Shown: in pieces, positions 12,912 to 27,045 of the stretch
How the letters are laid out: each line of letters opens with the position of its first letter
Numbering within the stretch: the first letter of the stretch is position 1
Program-made: the position numbers and the translations under genes
From: Eledone cirrhosa
Lineage: Eukaryota
Length of the DNA: 64,000 bases
Reading direction: 5' to 3'
Assembly (NCBI GenBank): GCA_964016885.1
Contig: OZ024741.1
Location: 375,472,001-375,536,000, forward strand
The notes under the pieces: generated by a model
The model's database searches: none
Seen by the model: the letters and a program-made list of their open reading frames with translations, nothing else
What the model was told of the DNA's origin: nothing

Positions 12912-13769
12912 CTAGCAGAATGGCCCGGCGTTGCTCGGGATTTGCTCTAGGGTTCTTATATATTTGATATATATTTATCCTTATCGAGCCTCGAAGTTTC
13001 GAATTTGAACGAAATCGGTTGAAAAATGTGGGAACTAATGATAGGTCAAAGTCCCTGAACAAAAGATACAAAGTGTAAAGCTACTATAAGATGTGCAATG
13101 ATAGGTTCTATCGTAGTATAAAAGTTGAACCAAATAAATTTATGTATGTGTGAGGTGGAGCCGAAGTTTCGAATTTGAACGAAATCGATTGAAAAATGTG
13201 GGAGCTAGAGCCGAAAAGGCGGAAATTTGAACGAAAAGGTGGTATTTTCGAATATTTAAGCGGCTGCCACGCCGTTCCTGAACAAAATATCCAAAATGTA
13301 AAGCCACTTTAAGACGTTAAATAATCAGATCTAGCGTAGTGTAAAATTTGAACAAAGTAGGTTGATTAATGTGGGAGCTAGAGCCGAAAAAGGGGAAATT
13401 TAAGTCTAAAAGTGGTATTTTTGAATATTTAAGCGGCTTCCACGCCGTCCCTGAACAACAAATGCAAAATATAAATACATTACAGGATGTGCAATGATAA
13501 ATTCTATTTTGCTTTAAAATTTGAACGAAATCGGAGCCAAAAATCTTATTTTTCGATACCTAAAAAAAGGTGACGCCCCCCTTTCGATTTTTATCTGCAG
13601 AATGACCCCGGAATAAAACAAAACGATACGCTGATATATGGAAAACACTCCCCGATGACTAATCTATCAGCCTGTAAAGTTCTATGAAAATGGGTCGTGA
13701 GATGTAGGCCCCTATAGGTAATACACAGACACACACACATACACACATACTTAATTTTTTATATACAGA
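12912..13769 (-). mobile_element. Non-autonomous Helitron/DINE-like element
   Basis: Minus strand 5' TC start with (GT)-rich microsatellite, 3' hairpin CCCGAGCAACGCCGGG + CTAG, A|T insertion site, internal tandem repeats. Confidence 0.75.
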
Positions 13770-13840
13770 TATATACTATATAAAATTAACGAAGATCGCT
13801 GGTATTAATTCAACGGTCCCCGGCCAGAGTCTCTCTCCCC

Positions 13841-13927
<87 letters not shown>

Positions 13928-14303
13928 ATAATTATAACGAGCCAGAGAATTATATATTGCCTAGGATCGCCGCTTTCCACACACTCAATGAATTTACAAA
14001 GCGTATGTTGTAAATACGAATTTCCATGTCAGAGTGGACACAATACGTTTTATAGTGGATAAACGGATTTGTGTGGAAACACAAAAAAGGCTTCGAACTG
14101 TAATACAGTTTCATTGTAGTATCCTGAGTGCAGCTGGTGCTTTAGCGAAATACCGCGCACAGAGACCACGTGAAAATTCCGAAAACAAATCGAGAAAATT
14201 CACGTAGTCTGGACCGACAGGAGAAATTCTCAACGGAGTTCAGTCCTGAATTCTAGCGGTGGAATCTGTCCATGATATCAGCAGAACCAAAGTTAACCCC
14301 ACT

Positions 14304-14304
<1 letters not shown>

Positions 14305-14366
<62 letters not shown>
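14305..14366. repeat. (TAG)n microsatellite
   Basis: Direct reading. Confidence 0.95.
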
Positions 14367-14367
<1 letters not shown>

Positions 14368-14596
14368 CCTCAGGCTGTGGTAACATCACGTGATACTATA
14401 TGGAGATGCATATTAAAGATTGACTATTTGATTTTAAACAATGTCGAGCGTGTTTTTGTTTGTTTGTTTTTTTTTGTTTATCAAATATGTTGTTCTGGGA
14501 GACTTGTAAACATGTTTTCCGATTTCTTGAATCAATCAAATTGGAATAAAAACGATAATTAAAAGACTTGTCAGTCAATCAAATATAAATCTTTTG

Positions 14597-14965
14597 TGTA
14601 AACGTAGCCGATGTGTCGGACTTTTACAAAGCGCTGAGAAGATAAAGTTAATAAAAAGAACGATATGATTATACGCGGAGATACTATAAAATAAATTATA
14701 AAATAGAGTGAAGACCTTTTAAAAACGAAAAAAAGACGACACCATCGGTCACTATGAAGTACCGAACCCCATATCTCCCAGATACCAGCTAGACGCTTTG
14801 GCCCATTAAACCAAGGGACCACGACATCTCTTGCCTTCTTAAAATAGATAGCTGAATCACAGCTTTGAGATGCCGACAAACATCATAGTAAACAAACATC
14901 GTGTAAACGTAGCCGATCTCTCGGATTTTACAAAGCGCTGAAAAGATAAAGTTAATATAAAGAAT
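14597..14965 (-). repeat. ~304-bp period partial tandem duplication containing a tRNA-like head
   Basis: GTGTAAACGTAGCCGAT... at 14597 and 14901; minus strand TGGTTTAATGG and GGTTCGGTAC boxes at ~14760-14820. Confidence 0.5.
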
Positions 14966-14995
14966 GATCTCCGCCAATAGGGATACCATTCTTTA

Positions 14996-15620
14996 TCTAC
15001 CTATATACTACTAAAACTCTGTGATTGCTTGCTTGTTTGTTTGTCTGTAATGTAATACAGCCAAAAGGGCGCATAATGGGAAAATACTTTGAAAGGATGT
15101 TGACTCTGAAATGGGAATACAAATGGAATAAAACAAGTTTTCGCGTAAATCGGAGCACGGGTTCCCGAGATATGGAGTTTTTCCGGGTACCTTCATAAAC
15201 AGAGAGCGAGGGAGAGAAAGATAGAGAGAAAGAGATAGTGGTTGTAAGAGAGTAGATTGAATGAGAGACATAGAGAGAGGGAGATGAGACAGAGAAGGAG
15301 AATGGTGGAGTTGTTGTGTATATATATATATATGTGTGTGTGAGTGTGTGTATATATGTGTGTGTGTGTGTGTCTATGACCAATGTGTATAGATCACAGA
15401 CACCCACATATATATATACACATACATATATATATGTATACATACACTCATATTTATATATATACATACACACACGTATATATATGGGCCTTCCAGTTTC
15501 ATTTCACATTATATACATGTCTGTGTATATTTTAATTATTTAGAAATTATTTTTAACTGAACATGATTTTTAAAAAAATATTTTAAAGTGAACCTGACCC
15601 AACGGGTCACGGGTGGTTAG
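14996..15620 (+). mobile_element. Non-autonomous Helitron-like element
   Basis: A|TC start, TACTAAAA + (TTGT)n, 3' hairpin TGACCC AAC GGGTCA followed by TTAG|T. Confidence 0.55.
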
Positions 15621-16004
15621 TATCAAATAATTTTTTTGGATACAACTATTGACTAATTGTATCTTAGCAGAATACACAAACGCTTTTAAAAGGCCCTTAT
15701 GATAAAAGGGTAATCGCTTAGAGTAAAGCAATTGTAGAGAGGAAAATAGATTGCATTATTGTTATTGAAAAGACCTTTAGAGTAGAAATGGTTAATTTTT
15801 CAGCAGGAATAGCTTAACATAATCGAATTTCTAGTGAAAATCTTGTGACATGTATGATTCATTAAGAAATGAAAAGAAATTAAATTTAGGAAATCTTTGC
15901 CTATATTTGTTCGTACATTTAAAATGTGAATTGGATTATACCATAGCATATTTCGTAGTCAATCTACTTTTACGGTTGAGAGTATTAGGATTTTCTTCAG
16001 AAAA

Positions 16005-16223
16005 TAATAATTTCTAGTATAGGCACAAGGCCAGTAATTTGGGGAGAGAGGAAAGTCGATTAAATCGACCCAGTACGTTACTGGTACTTTATTTTTTCGA
16101 CCCTGTAAGGATGAAAGGCAAAGTTAACCTCGGCGGGATTTGAACTCAGAAGTAAAGGGCCGTAACTCTATGCTAAAAAGCATGGTGTCCAACTCTCTAC
16201 CGATACTGCCAATCCACCGCCCT
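16005..16223 (-). mobile_element. Full-length tRNA-derived SINE (first family)
   Basis: Reverse complement of the 443-650 family. Confidence 0.85.
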
Positions 16224-16859
16224 TAGGTCAGAAAATAATTCAATCTTTAACGTTACCCACACAATGCTCACATATCTAGAATTGTGGAGCTTGATACACA
16301 CAAACATTCTGAGCGTCATCTAGCAAAGGGAAGTTTTACTCACATACAGGCTACAATCACTGATACATTGTCTACCACAATCCCTCACGTTTCTACTGCT
16401 ATTCTAATTGATTAGTTAATATTGCATTTGTCAACATGTATGGATAATTATAGATGTGTACTAACATAAACTAAATGTTTGTTTGTTTTCGATGCGGTAA
16501 GGATTTCAGGCAAAAAAAAAAAATGCTTTATTAATATATCATCTGCGGACAGAAGAGTGTAACATGCTTTGGTTTCGAACCTATCAGAGATCTATTCAGA
16601 ATGAATTGGATTACCGGTCAGCAAAGAGTCATTTATGTAAATTAGTACGAGTGATTTACTGAATTCAACATATTTAGTGGCTATAAATTATTCAATCCTT
16701 AACGTCACCCATACCATGCTAATGTACTGCTCACATATCTAGCTACCGACATTCTGTTGGACCAAAAAAAAAAAAAAGAAAAAAAAAAAGACACAAACAG
16801 AGAAATATACAAAGCCAGGTATAGAGACGCATTTCTTAAAAGTATAAATGTTACTTAAC

Positions 16860-17200
16860 ACTGAAGCCAAACATATAACAATACATACAGGAATCGCAAA
16901 TACAAGGTTCTAAAAACCTTCGCTAAGTACAAACCACTACCTCCCTACGGACAACTGACGTTGAACACCAGGTCCGAACACAGAAGAGCCGAACTCCCAC
17001 TGTCATCGCCTCCATCTCTCTCGTCCTCTCCATCTTTATGAGTAAATGATGTCCCACGTGCTGGCCGTCCACGGCCCCGGCGGACAGAATGGAGAAGGCA
17101 TTTCCCCGGAGGATGGTCAGGGAGATGTTCTGAAAGAGCCATTCCATCTCGCGAGGCTCACGCCTGCGACTAGCCAGTTCAGCGCCTATGGTGGTAAATC
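16860..17200 (-). mobile_element. 3' remnant of a CRE-clade (RLE) non-LTR retrotransposon
   Basis: ELASRRREPREMEWLFQNISLTILRGNAFSIL resembles the FQxlSxxixRGNA C-terminal motif of CRE-like elements (recalled, not searched). Confidence 0.55.
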
Positions 17201-17733
17201 GTATATCTCCCCGTGGGAGAAAGGGGGGGGGGCGGTATATAGCTTCTGAAAAGAACCCCAAAAGGTTCAAAACTAGGTCATGTCAATCATACAAAGATAC
17301 CAATGCAGTATTACATTTGGCTGAACTCCTCAAATTATCAGTTAAATAAACATTAAGTTTACATTAATGCATTAATCTAACGATATTTTCTCACCTGAAC
17401 AGACAAACTGTATTATTTAGCGCAAATCAGTTTAATCTACCTGCCTCCCATTTTCTCTTTATCTCGAGCCAAAGAGCAGCTTCAACACGGTCACTCAACA
17501 AGCAAGAATTAACAGCCAAGTACCTCTCAAATCATACAGGAGCTCATTAAATAATTTAGCCTTAGAACACCACCTGAAAAACAAAATGACCATAAACCTA
17601 GGATTAAACAGACTCTGCTGATTTACGAACCTTATCAAATCAGTGAACCGTATCCTTAATACTATGTTCAATGTTTCCCTTCCAGAATTCCAGTCTTATA
17701 GAATTTATTTCCCTTTCGCAGTTTCCTCTTTAA

Positions 17734-17956
17734 CCCTTTAGCATTTAGACCGGCCATATTTGGCCAGAATTCTATCAGCTCTCTATGTTCAAACCGGCCG
17801 TAACTGGCTACTCATACTTATGTTAAGGTGTTGATCTCAAAATAAATAATATCAAAATTTCATAGATTCGATATTGTGTGCGATAATTATGTAAGATAAA
17901 GCCTTTACTGTGAAAATACAATAATAAATATAGAGTGTATTGTAAATGCTAAAGGG
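17734..17956. mobile_element. piggyBac-type MITE
   Basis: TIR CCCTTTAGCATTTA / TAAATGCTAAAGGG, TTAA on both sides; paralog at 62945-63165. Confidence 0.85.
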
Positions 17957-18689
17957 TTAAACATCGACGTTTTGAAATTAAAGCTGGACATCAACTACAT
18001 TAACTTCTAGAATATTGGGATACTTACAAAATCTATGGCCACTTCTTTTCTTTATCTTTAAACAATATGATATTAAACAAAACAAACTCTTGCTAGTAAT
18101 CTCAAACAAATAACTGTCTATTTATTTATTTGTTTTTCTAATTACCAATCTAATGAATTTGTCTGAAGTCAGTCAATTTCCTTGTAAATGATTCACACAA
18201 ACACTCAGTTTCAATGTAACTCTATCAAGGAATCTCTTTGACGAACCTAGCTTCGGGTAATGTTTTTAGGCAAAGTTTCGTATTTCTCAAATGGTTTTGA
18301 TAACTCATCTTTTCCAGATGTTTTCTTGACAAGATTCTGGATACGTACTTTAAAATTGTTTATTCTTATTTTCACTTCCTTTTCCCTCCCTCACTCTAGT
18401 CTTTGTATTCACAATTTCGTTGATATATAAACCTAACAATGACCTACTTCCTCATATATCATGCCAGCCTGTTTTTCTGTTCTCTTTAGTTGATGTTATT
18501 GTTTAGACCAAATTCAGCTCTAATCGAGCAAACATATGATAAAAAGCCCTCCAACCACGATCGTCCCCTCATTTTGTCGAATCTAAGAAACACAGGATCA
18601 CATTATCCAACATGACTTTATTTAATACACCAGGACAGTAGTGTAGCTGGGAGAAGGGGAGCGTCCACCCTAAAAAGTCTCTAAAGTTT

Positions 18690-18935
18690 GTTTTGAGCCC
18701 GTAAGCTCATCAGGCCAGTGCTTATCTCGTTTTTTTTTTACCTTAAGCGACTGGGAGTACAGGACTGCACCTGGCCAGGACGCCAGTCCATCGCAGGGTT
18801 AACCCCCTCCCCCAGCTACTGCTGGTACATATTTTCAGTTGAGTATCCAGGAGCAACGTGAAATAAAGTGTTTTGCTCAAGAACACAAAACACAGCCCAG
18901 CCGTGGAATAGAACCCACGGCATTATGATCGTAAA
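18690..18935 (-). mobile_element. SINE (second-family core with a different tail)
   Basis: GCAACGTGAAATAAAGTGTTTTGCTCAAGAACACA core, also seen at 8095-8140; B-box GGTTCTATTCC on minus. Confidence 0.6.
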
Positions 18936-19383
18936 TCCAACATTATTTTTACGTCTTTTGTATATATTTGAGTATGTGGAACTGTGGGTGAGGGTCACAA
19001 ACACTAGCTATACACCTGTAAGGGGATGTATTTCAATAAAGATTTGGTCACCATTTTCAGCAGTTCGAACAACGGCGGCTTTGCCAATGCCAGGGCAAAG
19101 GGTAAGCTAATATAGCGATAGAGTTAAAAATCAAAGATGAAACTAAATCCCTTCGCTTTACTCTGTTAATGCAGGAAGGAAAGGCGCAAATGTCATGACT
19201 TGCAATGTCTTTTTCCTTAAAATATAAAATTTCTTGTTGTCCAAACAGAATCTGACATCAATGTTATCACAAAAGGCATTAACCAAGTTATGGACACAAG
19301 CCTGGTTGTGTCGTCAAGAATTTAGCTTCATTATCCTGTGGTAACGGGTTCGGTTCCACTTACTGGCTGACAACTTGAGGGTA

Positions 19384-19583
19384 CGAATGTGGGCTGAAAG
19401 GTTCAGAGGCTAATTATGAAGGACTGGTGCTAGATCTGTGAAATCTTGCATGTATTAATTTCAACTCTTCTTATTAATAAAACATTGTTTTTTTTTTCTA
19501 GGGACTATGTTGAAAAATAAACCTCATTTGGTCATTCCATGAGAGTAACTTGGTCAGCCTATGAACCTTTCAGCTGATCCTCG
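19384..19583. mobile_element. Tc1/mariner-type MITE
   Basis: Imperfect ~28-bp TIRs CGA....GCTGAAAGGTTCA.AGGCT with TA on both sides. Confidence 0.65.
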
Positions 19584-20079
19584 TAAATCTTCAGCCATAG
19601 TATTATGAGGGAGATTGAGTAGACGGAAATACGTCTGACGGGCATTAGCTATCCTTAGGTTGTAAGCATAATCTGGGCTGTGTTGTCATTAGTCGAGCAC
19701 CCGTCAACGTCAAAGCAGTACATTGGGTCTCCTGTGTGTGTGTATATGTGTGTTGTGTTTTGTGTTTCTGTCATGAGTTTGTGTGCTATCTGTATGTGTA
19801 TCATATATGTGTGTATATATATATATGTGTGTATATATAAATGTGTGGGGGGGGGGGTGTAAGAGTGTGTGAGTACATTTTCGTTGGAAAGTATATGTTT
19901 TTGCTTATATTTGCTAGATGTTAAACCAGCAATAATATAATATGGATTTTTGAACGCTCACGTTTTTGGTAAACCATAATATATCATATACACAGCTTCC
20001 ATTACAGTTTTGGGATTAGGGGTGCTTAAGTATATATATATATATATATTGTGCATGTGTTGGATTGGCACTATCGGTA

Positions 20080-20277
20080 AAGGGTCGAACAATATTCTTT
20101 GTGGCATAGAATTACGGCCCTATACGTTCTGAGTTCAAATCCCGCCGAGGTTAGCATTGCCTTTCATCCTTACGGGGTCGATAAAATAAAATACAAGTAA
20201 TGCACTGGGGACGAGTTAATCAACTTGCCCCTCTCCTCAAATTGTTGGCCTTGTGCCTAAATCAGAAATCATTATTA
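20080..20277 (+). mobile_element. tRNA-derived SINE (first family)
   Basis: A box, B box and core as in 443-650. Confidence 0.85.
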
Positions 20278-20871
20278 GCTCACGCTTTTTTATCAACAAT
20301 ACGAGACTAAGAAAGAAATTAAAAACATGATCGTACTAAGATATTTATAGTCAGTAGAAAATCAGTGTAGTAAAAACCAAAACACAAGTATATTGAAATA
20401 AATTATTTTCCACATTATTGGAAGGGTTTAAGCGCCACAAAGCCCTCACAGGCCCCTTAGCGGTGGAAGGTTTGATATATAAATGATACTCTAATGGTAA
20501 ACTATACAGACCATATGTAAATGATAATTGATAAGCCATACAGAGATAGTTCAGTACGAAATTATTAGGAGTTACATCTCTAACCAATAATACATAAATA
20601 TAACTAATAATTAACAACCAAGTGAATGAAGTGACGTTTATATACACGAGTTTACGTTATGTAGTGTGTGAGATATGTACACATACATACACATGTGGTT
20701 GCAGAGGTGACCGTAATACTAAATTAGGGGCGAAGGCCGATATTCACTTGTTAATGTAAAAATTGTTCATTGTCTTAAGCAAAATATACGATAAATATGC
20801 ATCTTCCAATAACAAATATCTATATTATACTATAATAGTATAGCATAGTATAAAACAGTATAGTATACTAT

Positions 20872-21260
20872 TTATTTATTTATTGACAGAAAAGAAATGA
20901 CCGAAAGAATACGATTGCGAATAGAAGCTACTGAAATGGGGTTCCTCCGAAAGGCCTTTGGAGTAACGTTACTCGATAGAATGCATATCTCAGAGATCAG
21001 AGAGTCACTTCAGGTAGGGTCATGACCTCTCCGAATTGAGAGATTACAGCTTCTATATTATGGGCATGTGGTTAGAATATTTCAAGAAAGAATCGCTGGA
21101 CACATTTTATGGGCAAAACCAACCGGCAGCAGACCCAGGAGTAAACCCCGAGCAAGATGGTTGGATAACATCCACGAGCGCAGCTGATATCGGTTGGGGA
21201 TCCCACCGGTTTAACGACTCTTATCCCACGACCCACTAAGGAATAAGTGGTGTTCAGAAG

Positions 21261-21291
<31 letters not shown>

Positions 21292-21805
21292 CATACAGTT
21301 TAGCGTTGGGCCTTTGTGAGGACCCCGGGCAAGTGATCAGCGTGTCCATGAGTTAAGATGGCCCTTGACTTGAACCATTATCCATTGAATATCACCAACT
21401 AGTCCTTGGAGGTAGAGTTCGATCTGTTGTAAACATTCCAGACAGGTTTTTGACCTGCAGGTACTTTACCGTCTGCTATCAGCACCAGCAACTTAGATAG
21501 TTATCCCAAGTCCATATGCTAGGGATGGGGCGTCACATCAAATGTTTGGATTCTTGTTATCCAACCATCTTGCTCGGGGTCTACCCTAGGTCTCCTGTCG
21601 GTTGGTTTTGCCCGGAAAATCTGTCTAGCGATTCTTTCCTGAAATATTCTGACCACATGCTCGTAATATAGGAGCTGTGATCTCTCAATTTGGAAAAGTA
21701 GCGGCTCTACCTGGGGCGACTTTCTGATCTCCGAATTAGGGACATTATCGAGTAATGTTACTCCAATCGTATTATTTCGGTCATTACCTTGCTGTCAATA
21801 AATAT
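20872..21805. mobile_element. Inverted pair of RTE-LINE 3' coding fragments with (GAA)n in the spacer
   Basis: + arm translates MTERIRLRIEATEMGFLRKAFGVTLLDR.., a typical RTE C-terminus; diverged reverse-complement copy at ~21545-21805. Confidence 0.7.
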
Positions 21806-21869
21806 AAAGAGGAAAATGTGAAAATAGCAAATAAAATTAAATATAAACAAACGTGAACATTTTTTGTGT

Positions 21870-22192
21870 GGCGTGTGGGCATGCCTACAAAATCAGAAAA
21901 CATTACAGCTCTCATGACTTAAACATTTTTTCACACTCAGAGTTGCTGAAGCATGGAACAAACTACCTGCATCAGTTGTTAGCTGCCAAGAAACTGCATC
22001 CTTTAAAACGTCCATGCTTCCTGAAATTCGCCAACACTACACCTGAAATCCCCCCTCCATATACACGCACACATGTATATCATGACTCATACACTGTTCA
22101 CTTTCCTGACATTTGTACAATATTCTATGTACTATACATGCACCTTTGACGAGTTGTAGTGCACCTGAGCACCGTTTACAATAATTTTATTA
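21870..22192 (+). mobile_element. 3' fragment of CR1/L2-group LINE
   Basis: Matches 38770-39090 (RGHAxKIRK..FFTLRVAEAWNKLP and 3' UTR). Confidence 0.85.
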
Positions 22193-22359
22193 TATATATA
22201 TATATGTTGCGTAGGTGAGTTTGGAAATGGAAGGCGGGTCAGGTGAGGTCAGGGAATCATGCGGGTATGGCATAAGGATTTCCTTTCATCCACCAACTTC
22301 CTCTACGCAGTGTTTGTTGATAAAAATATATCGAAATCATTGTCAGTAATGTATATACG

Positions 22360-22413
<54 letters not shown>

Positions 22414-22989
22414 TTTGTTTATATAAATGAATAAAAAAATTTGAAACTTTGATGCTGTTTCAACTGCTCACTTTAGCTTGTATATATTATAATAAACATT
22501 TTATTTCTACATTTACGCTTTTTCCTCTCTGACAAAATTAAACAAAATTTTAGTTGCAAGAGCACCAAACGTCAGCTTGAGGCGCCAGAAATCCTAGAGC
22601 TGATGTTGTCTGATTTCTACCAATTTTAGAGACCTTTAAAGGTAAAAAAGATGGGGAAATGAGTGCTGATCTTACTACTTAAAAATATATGGAAATTCGG
22701 ACTACAATGCACCCAATTCTGGGATATGGTGATAATTTCTCATTTACCAATTATATTTACAGCATGTGTAGACCAATCGTCACCAACCTCATTAACTGCA
22801 TTTTTCAGAAGCCAATAAGAGAGCCTCTACATGGTCACTCGACCTGTTGGAAATAGCAGCCAAATCTTCATCAAAATTTGAATGGGATAATGTATTTTTT
22901 CTAATGTTCTCTCTTCCTTATATCAGTAATTTCCAAACTTAACATCGACCATACATTTAACATCACTGACATATCTTCTAAAAAAAATC

Positions 22990-23300
22990 ACATCTGTTGA
23001 CCACTGTCCTGGTTACAACAAACCTTGTGTCCACTGTCCTGGTGTCAACAAACCTTGTGTCCACATCTCTCGACCACTGTCCCAGTTACTATAAACCTCG
23101 TGTCCACATCTGTTGACCATTGTCCTGGTTACAACAAAACTTGTGTCCACATCTGTCAACCACCGTCCTAGTTACTACAAATCTCGTGCGTGTCCACAAC
23201 TGTCTACCAATGACCTGGTTACTACAAATCTCCAGTCCCCAAATATCTACCAATCTTAGTAACAACAAATCCCCTATCCACTGTCCTAGTTACCACAAAC
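22990..23300. repeat. Degenerate ~43-bp minisatellite
   Basis: Repeats of CCACATCTGTTGACCACTGTCCTGGTTACAACAAACCTTGTGT. Confidence 0.75.
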
Positions 23301-23334
23301 CACTTGACTTCATCCAATTCTGTTAATATAAATA

Positions 23335-23555
23335 GTAATGGTTTCTGATGTAGACACAAGGCCAACAATTTGGCGGAAATGGAAAGTCAATTAATTCGAC
23401 CTCAGACGTGATTGCTGCTTTATTTTATCGACGTTGTAAGGATGAAAGGCAAAGCTAACCTTGTTGGGATTTGAACTCAGAATGCAAAGGGCCATAACTC
23501 TCTGCTACAAAGCATGGTGTTTGACGCTCTACCGATATTGCCAATCCACCACCCT
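23335..23555 (-). mobile_element. tRNA-derived SINE (first family)
   Basis: Reverse complement of family head and core. Confidence 0.8.
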
Positions 23556-23759
23556 ATAAGGGTGTCAAGAACTTGAATATGTAGCTAAATAGCTCTGTGT
23601 TTAACCCTAAAGCACAAAACACTGAATGCCTTGAAAGTGGTATTTGGTAGATACTCTGCTTTATATATATATGGTATGGGCCTTAACTCTTGAGGAGTCG
23701 TAGGAGCGTTGCATTGACATACAGCATTTCTTGGGCATAAGCCTGGCAGAGCCCATCCT

Positions 23760-26759
23760 TATCCAGGCCTGAGTACTGAACAATTGCGTGCAGAACGGTG
23801 TCGATGTCCTGCTCGCATCTTGGACAGGTCCTTTTTGGCAGGATCTCTGCCAGGGCGCCCGTGCCTGTAGATTTTGTCTCGAATTAGTAGAGCTTCTCGG
23901 TAGCACTGCCAGGCCAGAGACCTCTGGAAGTTATCCATAGTCCCTGGACGAAAGGTCCTCCCGAACAGACTGGTCAGTTCGTCCTCCTCGATGCCTAGAG
24001 TTTCCCCGAGAACATCGTCGTACTTATCCTCCACTAATCCCCTATAGAATGTCGAAGTGGAGTCTCCGCTGATTGCCGTTTCCGCTTGGAAGAGGGCTGT
24101 GAGCGCCTGAAGGCACTCGAGGTGCCAGGCGCCCATTTTCGGTCTTCACTTGATCCAGGACTGCAGCTCTGTTAGTTAGACGAGTTGTGGAAGAGCTCGT
24201 TTCACAAACGACAGCCACACCGGTTCGCCGGTCAGGAATACCTAGAGATGGCGTAGCCTCGGTGCGTGTTTGCGCATCATCAACTACGGCATGCCCAGCC
24301 CTCCGCTAGAAGGGTGTTGACAGCAGATAGATCTCCTCACCAATGGAGCCTGTTTCTTCCAAAGGAACTTGAAGAGTAGGGGTTTCATTTTGGTGAAGTA
24401 TTCGCGGGGTCAAGGCACAACTGTCAAGTGGTAGTAAATGACGGACGCTATGTAAGTGTTCACCACCTCCGCCCGACCTTTCAAGGAGAGTTTGCACTCA
24501 GCCCACTTCTGGGTGAGTGCAAACACCTTCGCCGTGACCTCGTTCCAGTTCTTGTCCACCTGGAGGTCTAGACCAAACCAAACCCCGAGCAATGTGCCGA
24601 GTTGCAAACCGACAGATTTGTTTGGGTTTAGTCTTGCTCCTGTCAACGTTTCGTATTCCTGTAATAGTTTGCCGATTACCCCGATGTCCGAGGTTTTCGA
24701 CACCATTACAGTTACGTCGTCGGCATACGCCGACGCTGCGTTCCGCAGTCCTGGTTCGAACGGGATGCCCTGCAACAGCTCAAACTTCCGCAGTAATGGC
24801 TCAAGAGTCAGTACATACAGAATGAAGGAGAGAGGGAATCCCTGACGGATGGAACACATGATATAGAATGGCTCCGATAGGTAGCTATTCACCTTGACTG
24901 CCAACCAGATGCTGGTGTGCATGGCAGCGTTCCAGTCTCTGAAGACGGGACCGAAGCCGGCTGCCTTGAGGACCGCTTCCAAGTATTGATGGTCGACCCT
25001 ATCAAATGCTTTAGACTGATCTAAATTGATCAGAGCCCCACCGAAGCCAGGTTTACACCCACCCTCTCTATGATGTATTGCATGAGGTGGAGGTTTTCGT
25101 GTATGGACCTGGTCAGGATTACACACGTTTGCGCTTCCCCTACCAGACTCTCGCCAACAAGCGCCAGTCTCGTTGCTAACACCTTGGCCAAAATCTTTAA
25201 CTCTGTGTTGAGCAGAGTTATGGGCCTGAAATTGCTTATCTCATCCTCCTTGTTCTCATCTTTCCTGATCAGCATTACCACACCTCTGCCTACAGAACTG
25301 GGAATCCTCCCGTTCTGCTGCCAGTTGCAGTAGACCGTTTCGAAGATGCCAGAGAACAGGTCTGGAATGCCTATGTAAAGCTCATAGGGTAGACCATCTA
25401 AACCGAGTGATTTTCGTTTCCCACAGTGGCCTAGGGCATCGTCTATTTCGTCCGCTGTGATCTGCCTTTCGCAGCTCTCTGCCTCCATGTTCGAGAGTCG
25501 TGGTACGCCGTCGAGGTAGGAACTGAAGTCCATTACCTCACTTGACGTACCACTTTGCCCGAACAGTTGTGCAAAATGCTGCTGGAAGGCCGTGCTTGGA
25601 TTCAAGTAGAATGCATCCATCTTTGTCTTGCAAAGACCGAATTGTGGATTTGTTGCCACTTTTCGCCTCTGCCACTCGGGCCCAGCTAACAGCTTTGGCT
25701 CCCTCGTTTCTTCGAGCACGTGTTCTACTTCTGACAATACAACATTCGTGTTTCACGTTGAAGAACTGGTCTAGTGCCGTTCTCGCCCCTAGCACGTCAG
25801 CTGTACTGCCATTCTACTTTAGCTACCAGTTCCTTTTCAGTTTTGTTTTTTTCTAAAGCTACTTCCTTGCTAAATGCTATCGAGTTCTATTCTAATTGCT
25901 CTCTTGAGAGAGCTCCACCACCTGTTGTTGACTATAACCCACGTCAACTGGCTGTTAACTAACGTGCTAATCCATTTACTGTAGGCCCTACGCGCCGGGA
26001 GCAACATGTTTAGCTTCCAGTATCCGGGTCCCTGTCTATGTGTTCTATCAATGTTGACTATGCAGGTGACTAATTTGTGGTCTGAATAGGCAACCATGTG
26101 CATTTGTGGACAGCTTAATGTTTCCTTATCATTCTTTCTAATTAGAAATCTAACTAAATACGATCTAGAAGACCCAGTGCGGTTGCTCCACGCCCACAGA
26201 GATGCACTTGGGAAGTCTAGTCGATATCTATCAGCCAGTTGGAATTGGCTGATGAGATTTTTTAGGCTATTACATCCCTCTATTATCACAAGCTCCTACG
26301 TAGTCCCAACGTGCATCTAAGCTGCCATTCCAGTCCTCCGCTAACACTAAGGAGCGAGACGTTCCCAGGAATGGCTCCAGACGCTTGAAGAACTCTGGTC
26401 GCGATGTCCCAGTCAGGGCATATATGGCCACCAGTCTGAAAGCTCCACCTTCACTACCATTCACGTCCAGGACCACCAGGCTGCCCTCCGGGTCCAAGTC
26501 AATCGTTTGTACTTTGAGATCCAGGTTTTTTCGAAACAGAACAGCACCCCCCCCCTTCCCCTCCTCCTGGCTGACAGAGAGATGCGTAGATCTCAAAATC
26601 ATCGAACATGGGGGTTAGCTGCTGCTTGTTGTGAATCCTGGACTCGGTGATGGTTATCACATCTATACAATGTGACCTGAGATCATTTAAAAACTGGCCC
26701 TGTTTCCAGGGCATGCCCAGGCCACGTACATTCAAACATCTAACTTGTATAGTGGCCAT
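23760..26759 (-). pseudogene. ORF2: APE endonuclease + reverse transcriptase, frameshifted
   Basis: CLNVRGL, EDWNG, SDHK, GPGYWKLN, GLDGLP, NFRPITLLNTELKIL, LDQSKAFDRV, IRQGFPLS, AYADD. Confidence 0.9.
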
Positions 26760-27045
26760 GTTGGTGAAGAAGAGTTAGGGAGAGAAAAGACAGGAACCCT
26801 TACCTTTTAGTTTCCTGGAGGTCGGGTTGTTCGATCTCCATGTTCAGATTGAGGGTGTTTGGGGAGGGAGGGAATCCTTTTAGCAGGACACGGTTAAGGG
26901 GTTTTTGGCAAGGAGGGCCCACATCATATGGGAAGTTCCCTTTTAATGTTTCATGTTGTTGGGTTGTTACCCTGATTAGTTTAAAGTTTAGGGGTGGGTC
27001 GTTGGTGGGGAAGGATTTCCCTCCCATTTGGATAGTGGGGTCCTT

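Noticed and set aside
16560-16605. Possible decayed hammerhead on the minus strand
   Set aside because: Core and all helices need several corrections
19555-19600. Minus-strand CUGAAGA...GAAA hammerhead-like string
   Set aside because: Helix II does not pair; the sequence is explained by a mariner MITE TIR
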